A stretch of DNA of 35,683 bases, taken from assembly GCA_046597055.1 (NCBI GenBank), contig JBKJLC010000179.1, positions 1-35,683 of the forward strand, written 5' to 3'. The stretch is from Kofleriaceae bacterium (GTDB lineage Bacteria > Myxococcota_A > Polyangia > Haliangiales > Haliangiaceae). Positions 29,143 through 35,683 of this stretch are shown in pieces (within the stretch, counting starts at the first letter, position 1; each line of letters opens with the position of its first letter). Position numbers and translations under genes: made by a program. The notes beneath the pieces were generated by a model. That model searched no databases. It had not been told where the DNA came from and saw only the letters and a program-made list of their open reading frames with translations.

Positions 29143-30248
29143 CACCGCACCTCGACGGTCCAGGTCTGCCGCTGCAGACACGGGTTCTGCAGCGCGCTGC
29201 AGGTGGCGGCGTCGGGCCCGCAGTCGACCGCGCGCCCGGTGCGATCGCCGAGCTCGACCCGCAGGTCGAGCCGGTCGCCGGGCGCGTACTGGGCCGGATC
29301 GAGCTCGAACGCCGCGACCGCGGCGGCGACCTGGGTGAACGTGGTCGCGCCCGGCGCGCGGAGGTACCAGCGGAAGCGGGTCGGGCCCAGGAACTCGTCG
29401 CCCGCGGCCGGCCACGGATACGGGTCGAGGTCGTCGTCGACCACGAGCACCGCGAACCGGCGCGGGTGGTCGAGGATGAGCGCGCCGGCGGCCGGGGCCG
29501 GATCGGTCGCACCCAGGCACGGCGCCTGGTCCGGCACCACCACCAGCGTCTCGGTGCTCACCGAGACGTCGGTGCCGTCGGACGCGGTCACCCTGACGCT
29601 CCACTCGCCGGGGACGTCGGGAACCAGCTGATGGTGCTGCAGCACGTCGTACCGGGGCGCAGGCGGCAGGCTGGGCTCCGGGTCGGGCAAGAGCCGCTGC
29701 CAGCGGCGGACCGCCGGGTTGGAGTCGCGGGCCGGGAACAGCTCCCAGGTCAGCGTGACCGCGTCGCGATCGGGATCGCTCGCGCCGGCCACCACGACGA
29801 TCGGCACGCCGGGCGGGAAGCTGCCGCCGAGCTCGCGCCCGTGCCGATCGAAGGTGATCGCGGGCAGTCCGTTGGAGACCGGCAACTCGAGGGCCTGCGG
29901 CGGGCGCGCCACCGCCCGGTGCGAGTCGGCGACGTCGAGGTGGATCGCGATCTTCACGGTCGGCTGACCCTCGACCGCGACCGGCACCGTGAACTGGAAC
30001 GTCGGGTCCAGGCCCGTCACCCCGCCGGCGCAGACCTGGGCCGCGTTGCACGCCTCGGCCCGCCACGCGGTGGTGAGGGCATCGCCGTTGGGATCGTCGA
30101 GGATCGCGCGGAACCGCTGGACCGAGCCGCGCGTGACGAGCCCGTCGTCCATGCGCCGGATCTCGCCGCTCGGACGGTCGTTGATCGCACCGGTGTAGAA
30201 GCAGGCCGTCAACGAGACAGCCAGAGCCGCGGCAAGACCGGAGCGCAC
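29142..30248 (-). CDS. Lipoprotein with tandem PKD/Ig-like domains
   Basis: Lipobox LTAC; DDPNGDALTTAW and SDPDRDAVTLTW repeats; PDVPGEWSVRVTASDG. Start GTG 30248 gives a clean signal peptide. Confidence 0.75.
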   Translation of the reverse strand: MRSGLAAALAVSLTACFYTGAINDRPSGEIRRMDDGLVTRGSVQRFRAILDDPNGDALTTAWRAEACNAAQVCAGGVTGLDPTFQFTVPVAVEGQPTVKIAIHLDVADSHRAVARPPQALELPVSNGLPAITFDRHGRELGGSFPPGVPIVVVAGASDPDRDAVTLTWELFPARDSNPAVRRWQRLLPDPEPSLPPAPRYDVLQHHQLVPDVPGEWSVRVTASDGTDVSVSTETLVVVPDQAPCLGATDPAPAAGALILDHPRRFAVLVVDDDLDPYPWPAAGDEFLGPTRFRWYLRAPGATTFTQVAAAVAAFELDPAQYAPGDRLDLRVELGDRTGRAVDCGPDAATCSALQNPCLQRQTWTVEVR

Positions 30249-30260
30249 GCCCGATGGTGA

Positions 30261-30277
30261 TGCAACCGACCGGCCAG
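30261..30277 (-). promoter_or_regulatory. sigma54 (-24/-12) promoter candidate for the lipoprotein operon
   Basis: Minus strand CTGGCCGGTCGGTTGCA matches YTGGCACG-N4-TTGCW with exact GG-N10-GC spacing. Confidence 0.7.
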
Positions 30278-30292
30278 CCACAAGTGGTGATT

Positions 30293-30352
30293 CTGGCAAC
30301 GGTTGCCAGCCGGGGGACGCCAGCGCTGGTCGCGATCACGACACCGGTGTCG
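30293..30352. promoter_or_regulatory. Cluster of palindromes upstream of the sigma54-type promoter
   Basis: CTGGCAAC-G-GTTGCCAG (30293-30309), CCAGCGCTGG (30320-30329), CGACACCGGTGTCG (30339-30352). Confidence 0.5.
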
Positions 30353-30366
30353 CAGTCGCGGGGGCG

Positions 30367-32394
30367 CTAGCTCCGGTAGCAGTCGAGCGCGGGCTGCTCG
30401 CGCAGCGTGCATCGCGGCACGTGGGGCACGTCGACGTGCTTCTCGCTGGTGACCTTGTCGCCGGTCCGGACGGTGACCCGGTAGCGCCCGGGCCGCAGCT
30501 TGACCGTGGCGCCGCGCGGGTAGGTCGAGGACCCGATCTGGACCCGATCGCCAGCGGCGATCACGACGTCGACCGCGGCCAGCAGCGTGCCCTCGACCCG
30601 GCGGACCGCACCGGCAGCGACGTCGAGGGTCCCCGACCAGGTTGCCAGGCCCGGGCCCTGGGTGCACTCGACGGTGTGGCGCCCCGGCGCGACCGCGCGC
30701 TCGAGCGTCCGGTTGGCGCGGACCGCGGCGCCGCCGTCGATCGACAGGTTGCACCAGGTGTCGAACACGAACGTCACCCGCGCGGGCTCGACCGGCGCCG
30801 GAAGCGCGATCCGCGGGTCGGGCGCGGCGGCCCCGTCGGATGCGTCCGGTGCGGCCGCGTCGATCGGGGGCGCGGGGTCGACCGGCGTGACCGTCGACCC
30901 CGCGGGCCGCGCGTCGGTCGCGCGCGGTCGGACCCCGGTGAGCGCGCCGCGACCGCCATCGCCCGGGAGCGCGTCGGGTGGCGCGGCATCGACCGGCGCG
31001 GCGGTGACCACCGCCGGGCCGGGTGCATCGGGCGCATCGGGCCCGGCGTCGACCGGGGTCGCCGCCAGGCTGGCGTCGACCGGGCGCGCGGTGGCCGCGG
31101 GATCGAGCCCGATCAGGACGACCCCGGCGCCGGCGACCGCGACCGCGCCGCCGGCGATCGCGGCGAGCAGCCAGCGCGGACGCCCCGGTCGGCCGATCGC
31201 GGCGGCCAGCGCGACCGCCTCGGGATCGGCGGGGGCCAGCGCCAGCGCCCGATCGAGCAGCGCCAGGGCCTGCGGCAGCGTGCGCCGGGCCCGGCCCTCG
31301 CGCGCGCGCGCGACCAGCCGCGCGACCACGGCCGGCCGCCGCGCCGCCTCCCACCCGGTGCGATCGGCGGCGAACGCGCGCACCTCGTCGGCCGGCTCGC
31401 CCAGGCCGCCGCCGGCGACCACCGCGCGCAGGGCGGCGGCCGCGAGGGTCGCCGATGCCGGCCGGCCCGCCGGCTCGGGCGCCATCAACCGCTGGATCAG
31501 GCGCGACAGCTCGCTGCCGACCGCAGGTCGCCGGCGCACCGCCGGGGTCGCGGTGCCCTTGGCGGCATCGGTGACGATCTTCGCGGTCGGCCCCGCGTAC
31601 GGCAGGCTGGCGGTCGCGAGCTGATACAGCATCGCGCCCACCGAGTAGAGATCGCTGCGGGCGTCGACCGGGTTGCCCAGCGCCTGCTCGGGCGCCATGA
31701 ACGATGGGGTGCCGAGCAGCGCGCCGGTGCGGGTGACCAGCGAGTCGTCGTCGTCGAGGCGGGCCACCCCGAAATCGGCGAGCAGCAGCCGGCCGTCGTC
31801 GGCGAGCATCAGGTTGGCCGGCTTGACGTCGCGATGGACGATCCCGGCCGCGTGGGCCACCGCGAGCGCGTCGCAGGCCAAGGCGCCGATGCAGGCGACC
31901 AGCTCGGCCAGGAGCGGCCCGCCCGCCTCGGCCACCTCGCGCAGGCTCTGCCCGCGCACCAGCTCCATGACGATGTACGGCGGCCGGCGGTCCTGGCCGC
32001 CGCCGACGTCGTAGACGCGCAGGATGTTGGGGTGCTCGAGGCCGGCCGCGGCGCGCGCCTCGCGCTGGAAGCGGCGGGTCAGCTCCTCCTTGCGGGCCAG
32101 GTGCGGGAACAGGACCTTGACCGCGACGTCGCGGCGTAGCTCGGTGTCGCGCGCGCGGAACACCGAGGCCATGCCGCCGGCGCCGAGCTCGTCGCCGACG
32201 ACATACCGGCCGAGGTTGTCACCCGGGTTGACCGCGCGCGGCGACCCGCCGGCCGAGGCCGACACCGGGTGGGGCCCCGCCTCGGACGGCGCCTCCCCGT
32301 CAGTGACGGTCTCGGCGACCCCGAGCTCGCCTGGCCCGCCGGCACCGGCCGGGGCCCCCGGGCCGGAGCGGCCGCCCCGGTCGCCGGTCATCAT
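30367..32394 (-). CDS. Transmembrane Ser/Thr protein kinase with TPR-like juxtamembrane segment, Pro/Asp/Ala stalk and PEGA-like C-terminus
   Basis: LGAGGMASV, VAVK, HRDVKPAN, DFG, GTPSFMAPE; ALALLDRALALAPAD; TM WLLAAIAGGAVAVAGAGVVLIGL; WCNLSIDG. Confidence 0.92.
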   Translation of the reverse strand: MMTGDRGGRSGPGAPAGAGGPGELGVAETVTDGEAPSEAGPHPVSASAGGSPRAVNPGDNLGRYVVGDELGAGGMASVFRARDTELRRDVAVKVLFPHLARKEELTRRFQREARAAAGLEHPNILRVYDVGGGQDRRPPYIVMELVRGQSLREVAEAGGPLLAELVACIGALACDALAVAHAAGIVHRDVKPANLMLADDGRLLLADFGVARLDDDDSLVTRTGALLGTPSFMAPEQALGNPVDARSDLYSVGAMLYQLATASLPYAGPTAKIVTDAAKGTATPAVRRRPAVGSELSRLIQRLMAPEPAGRPASATLAAAALRAVVAGGGLGEPADEVRAFAADRTGWEAARRPAVVARLVARAREGRARRTLPQALALLDRALALAPADPEAVALAAAIGRPGRPRWLLAAIAGGAVAVAGAGVVLIGLDPAATARPVDASLAATPVDAGPDAPDAPGPAVVTAAPVDAAPPDALPGDGGRGALTGVRPRATDARPAGSTVTPVDPAPPIDAAAPDASDGAAAPDPRIALPAPVEPARVTFVFDTWCNLSIDGGAAVRANRTLERAVAPGRHTVECTQGPGLATWSGTLDVAAGAVRRVEGTLLAAVDVVIAAGDRVQIGSSTYPRGATVKLRPGRYRVTVRTGDKVTSEKHVDVPHVPRCTLREQPALDCYRS

Positions 32395-33269
32395 TTACCA
32401 GGTGGCGAAGTCCACACCACGTAGCCGGCACCGCGGTGCTTGGCGGCGCGCATCGCCTGTCCGAGCCGGCGGCCGAGCTCGTCGGCGCCGGTGGGACCCA
32501 GACCGTCGGTGGTCGCGACCGCGATCACGACCGCGAGCGAGGCGCCACAGCCCGGGAACAGCTCGGCCCGCATCGCGCTTGCGCGCTCGACCAGCCGCTC
32601 GGCGAGCGCGGTCGCCTGGGCCGGGCCGGTCACCGCGATGAAGTCGGAGCCACCGAGGTGACCGACGAACGCGCCGCCGTCGCTGATCGCGCGAGCCTCG
32701 TCGATGATCAGGTTGGCCAGCGCGCGGACCGAGTCCTCGGACTTGCCGAAGCCGATCTGGTCGGCGTACTCGTCGAAGCCGGCGACGTCGATGTGCAGCG
32801 ACGCGACCGGCTTGCCGCCGCGCAGCAGCTCCTCGAGGTGACCGTCGATCGCGCGCGAGCCCGGCAGGTCGGTGGTCGGGTTGCGATCGCGCTCGCGCTG
32901 GGTCGAGCGGATCAGCGCCTTCACCCGCGCCGAGAACTCGCGCAGATCGAACGGCTTGCCCATGTAGGCGTCGGCGCCGGCCTCGAGCCCCTCGACCTGG
33001 TGGTCGACCGAGGCGAGCGCGGTCAGCATCAGGATGGGCGTGCGCGACCACATGACATCGGCCTTGAGCCGGCGCGCGACCTCGAGGCCGTCGAGCCGCG
33101 GCATCATCACATCGAGGATCAGCAGGTCCGGGTCGTGAGCGCGGACCAGGCGCAACGCCTCTTCCCCGTCGACCGCCCGCAGGCACAGGAAGCCCTGATC
33201 CCCCAGGGCCATGTTGACCATGTGGGCGATGGCATCATCGTCCTCCGCAACCACGATCTTCTTGAACAT
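32391..33269 (-). CDS. Response regulator: receiver domain plus degenerate GGDEF-like domain
   Basis: IVVAEDD, LLILDVMMP (phospho-acceptor D), LTA, KPF; NPTTDLPG, HIDVAGF, GHLGGSDF. ATG 33269; stop overlaps the kinase ATG (ATGA). Confidence 0.88.
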   Translation of the reverse strand: MFKKIVVAEDDDAIAHMVNMALGDQGFLCLRAVDGEEALRLVRAHDPDLLILDVMMPRLDGLEVARRLKADVMWSRTPILMLTALASVDHQVEGLEAGADAYMGKPFDLREFSARVKALIRSTQRERDRNPTTDLPGSRAIDGHLEELLRGGKPVASLHIDVAGFDEYADQIGFGKSEDSVRALANLIIDEARAISDGGAFVGHLGGSDFIAVTGPAQATALAERLVERASAMRAELFPGCGASLAVVIAVATTDGLGPTGADELGRRLGQAMRAAKHRGAGYVVWTSPPGK

Positions 33270-33281
33270 GGGCCCTCGAAG

Positions 33282-33310
33282 GTCATAACCCCGCGTGGAC
33301 AGCCCGTCAA
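33282..33310 (-). promoter_or_regulatory. sigma70-type promoter candidate for the regulator-kinase pair
   Basis: TTGACG (33310-33305), 17 nt, TATGAC (33287-33282). Confidence 0.55.
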
Positions 33311-33407
33311 CCGCCCGGACCGGGCTGGGGGGCCCGGCGCAGACCTTGCGCGTCCGGCGGCCGGGCCGGGTCTGCGTCCTCGACGTCACCGCCTGGGTGC
33401 GATAAGG

Positions 33408-34712
33408 ATGCAGACCGTGTCGTCACCAGTCGATCCCCAGGTCGAGTCCACCACCCTCGACAATGGCCTGCGGGTCACCACGGTGGCGCTGCCGCACCTC
33501 CACACCGCGACGGTCTCGGCCTTCATCAAGGTCGGCTCGCGCTTCGAAGGACCGGCCGACAACGGCCTGTCGCACTTCGTCGAGCACATGCTGTTCCGCG
33601 GCACCGACCGGTTCCCGACCTCGCTCGCGCTCAACACCGCGATCGAGCGGCTGGGCTCGACCCTGAACGCCGAGACCGGCCGCGACTACACGCTCCTGTC
33701 GATGGGCTTCGAGCCCGAGCTGGTCGGCGCCGGCCTCGACCTCCTGGGCGAGCTGCTGACCCGGCCCCGGTTCGGTGACATCGAGCTCGAGCGCGCGCTG
33801 GTCCTCGAAGAGATCAACGAGGACTACGACGAGGACGAGATCGAGATCAACGCCGACGATATCGCGCGTGGCCTGATGTTCGACGACCACCCGCTCGGCC
33901 AACGCATCATCGGTCCGCGCCAGAACGTCGCCGGGTTCGGCGAGGCCGACGTCCGCGCCCACTTCGCGCGCTACTACGGGGCCCGCAACACGATCCTGTG
34001 CGTCGCAGGGCCGGTCCGCCACGGCGACGTGGTCGAGGCCACGCTGCGCCACCTCGGCGCCCTGCCCGCCGGCTCGACCGAAGACCCGATCCCGGCGCCG
34101 GCCAGCCCCGGCAAGCCGCGCTGGAAGCACGTCCGTGACTCGGGCGCGCAGACCAGCCTGGCGATGCTGTTCCGCGGCATTCCCGAGCTGGATCCCTCGT
34201 ACCCGGCCTTCGTCGGGCTGCTGCGGGCGCTCGACGACGGCATGTCGACCCGGCTCCACTACCAGCTCGCCGACCAGAAGGGCCTGGCCTACTCGATCGG
34301 CGCCGGCATCGAGCCGCTCGCCGACGCCGCGCTGTTCGAGGTCTCGGGCGCGACCGCCAACGCCAAGCTGCCGACCCTGGTCGCCGAGATCCTGAAGCTG
34401 CTCGGCGGGTTGCGCGAGGACCGGATCAGCGAGGACGAGCTCGCCAAGATCCGCACCCGATACCGCTACGAGACCCTGGCCTCGCTCGACGATCCGTCGG
34501 CGATGGCCGGCTGGTTCGGCGGCACCGCGCTCTACTACCCGCCGCCGAGCCTGTCGGAGCGGCTGGCCGCGATGGCGCGGGTGACGCCGGACGACATCGT
34601 CGAGGCAGCGCGCCGGGTGCTGGCGCCGACCGAGCTGGTGCTGGCCGCGGTCGGCGCGCTGTCCAAGGCGCGGGTCGGCGAGCTGCGCGAGGTCATCGGG
34701 AGCTGGTCGTGA
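33408..34712 (+). CDS. M16 (pitrilysin/insulinase) family zinc metallopeptidase
   Basis: TLDNGLRV, VGSRFE, GLSHFVEHMLFRGT (HxxEH), LNAET, ER..VLEE, HPLG..IIG, GMSTRL...KGLAYS. Start is ATG 33408 or GTG 33417. Confidence 0.93.
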   Translation: MQTVSSPVDPQVESTTLDNGLRVTTVALPHLHTATVSAFIKVGSRFEGPADNGLSHFVEHMLFRGTDRFPTSLALNTAIERLGSTLNAETGRDYTLLSMGFEPELVGAGLDLLGELLTRPRFGDIELERALVLEEINEDYDEDEIEINADDIARGLMFDDHPLGQRIIGPRQNVAGFGEADVRAHFARYYGARNTILCVAGPVRHGDVVEATLRHLGALPAGSTEDPIPAPASPGKPRWKHVRDSGAQTSLAMLFRGIPELDPSYPAFVGLLRALDDGMSTRLHYQLADQKGLAYSIGAGIEPLADAALFEVSGATANAKLPTLVAEILKLLGGLREDRISEDELAKIRTRYRYETLASLDDPSAMAGWFGGTALYYPPPSLSERLAAMARVTPDDIVEAARRVLAPTELVLAAVGALSKARVGELREVIGSWS

Positions 34713-35389
34713 TCTGGCGCCGAATCGCCGGGCTCCTCGTCAGCGTCGGGCTAGCTGGCTGTGGTGCCCATACCGCACCGGCGGTGGCCCCCGCGGCACC
34801 CGCGGCACCGGCGACGACACCCAGCCTGGTCGACGTCGAGGCGGCGCTGCGAGCGGCGCCGGCCTGGCGCGCCGACGTGGAGATCACCGCGACCGGCGCC
34901 ATTTCGGCGTCGATCGCGGCCACCGTGCTGGTCGCCCCGGGCGGCAAGGTCCGCATCGAGGCGACCGGCGCGCTGATGACTCACCCGGTCGACCTGACCT
35001 GGGTCGCCGATGGCACCCGCACCTCGACCGCGCCCACGGTGCCGGCCGCGCTGACGGAGGCGACCGCGATCGGGATCGTCCGCATGGGCCTGCTCCACAA
35101 CCTCGCGCGGCTGAGCGCGGGCGCGGCGCCCGACCACGCCGAGGGCGGCGCAGCCACCTGGGTGGTCGCCCGCGACGCCGCACCCCTGCCGGGCGGCGAG
35201 CTCGGCTACCGGCTCGTGGTCGACGGCAAGGACTCGGCCGACGTCGTGGTCGCGATCGATCCGGCCGGTCCGGTCCTGACCCGCCGGCGCATCACGGTGC
35301 ACTTCGACGAGGGCGACATGGTGGTCGAGGAGCGCTACCGGTTCGATCTGGCGCCGACCCTGGCCGCCGACGCGTTCGTGATCCGCTGA
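34709..35389 (+). CDS. Lipoprotein, possibly LolA/LppX-like fold
   Basis: GTGA overlap; lipobox LAGC; VAPGGKVRIE..WVADG and VAIDP..YRFDLAPTLAADAF resemble LolA-superfamily patterns. Confidence 0.6.
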   Translation: MIWRRIAGLLVSVGLAGCGAHTAPAVAPAAPAAPATTPSLVDVEAALRAAPAWRADVEITATGAISASIAATVLVAPGGKVRIEATGALMTHPVDLTWVADGTRTSTAPTVPAALTEATAIGIVRMGLLHNLARLSAGAAPDHAEGGAATWVVARDAAPLPGGELGYRLVVDGKDSADVVVAIDPAGPVLTRRRITVHFDEGDMVVEERYRFDLAPTLAADAFVIR

Positions 35390-35496
35390 CGCAGGGTGGC
35401 TCCCTCGGCGAGCACGCGGGCTGAGGGGTTGGATCTGGATCGCCTGGTTGCCGGCGCAGCGCTCGTCAACCGTCCGTCCGGCAGAGGGCAGCGCTC

Positions 35497-35683
35497 AGGA
35501 TCCCGTAAAACTTCCCGGTGTCACTGAGCGGGTTGCTCAGAATACGTTTACGACCACGCGGACACGCGAAAGCGCGCGTCGCGCGATCAGGCGGCTGATG
35601 TTGTGCGCCAGCAGCTTGAGCAAGATCTCGGCGGCGATGCCGCGTTCGTGGCGGGTAGTGGCGCGCCGGTACTTCATGGTGGC
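35497..35683 (-). mobile_element. Right end of an insertion sequence (DDE, IS1182/IS5-like), truncated by the window edge
   Basis: Transposase C-terminus followed by GAAGTTTTACGGGATCCT, resembling an IS terminal repeat; local drop in GC. Confidence 0.6.
35537..35683 (-). CDS. Transposase C-terminal fragment (partial)
   Basis: ATMKYRRATTRHERGIAAEILLKLLAHNISRLIARRALSRVRVVVNVF*. The R..TR....E..L..LAHN..RL motif is typical of IS1182/IS5-like DDE C-termini. Not in the ORF track. Confidence 0.7.
   Translation of the reverse strand, partial: ATMKYRRATTRHERGIAAEILLKLLAHNISRLIARRALSRVRVVVNVF

Noticed and set aside
32391..33269. Calling the regulator an active diguanylate cyclase (PleD/WspR)
   Set aside because: The signature is GGSDF rather than GG[DE]EF, so activity is unsupported.

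Overview
GC-rich bacterial chromosomal segment with a myxobacterial (Myxococcota-like) gene repertoire; the taxonomy is inferred from gene content only. The left edge holds a sigma70-type promoter with an A-rich UP-like tract and a boxA-like leader, which point to an rRNA operon just outside the window on the minus strand. About 27 protein genes follow. They include four Hanks-type Ser/Thr kinases, an ABC1/UbiB kinase, hemB, hemD, DUF4177, DUF192, a beta-lactamase-family serine hydrolase, a GNAT, an M16 peptidase and a receiver/degenerate-GGDEF protein. The right edge holds the 3' end of an IS transposase. Three uncharacterised envelope loci stand out: (i) a coupled kinase / 3xLysM-TPR / pseudo-metallophosphoesterase operon; (ii) two tandem FadL-like barrels coupled to a Cys-rich beta-propeller lipoprotein; (iii) a ~13 kb minus-strand cluster in which a sigma54-type promoter precedes three lipoproteins (two are tandem paralogues), a TolB-N/CsgG-like protein and a TPR protein with a C-terminal beta-signal-like tail, all between two kinases. 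Also seen: many TANNNT boxes 5-9 nt before start codons (probable leaderless mRNAs), two sigma54-type promoters with identical spacing to GTG starts, and a 26-aa membrane microprotein ORF missing from the ORF track. Family calls come from reading motifs by eye; no searches were run.
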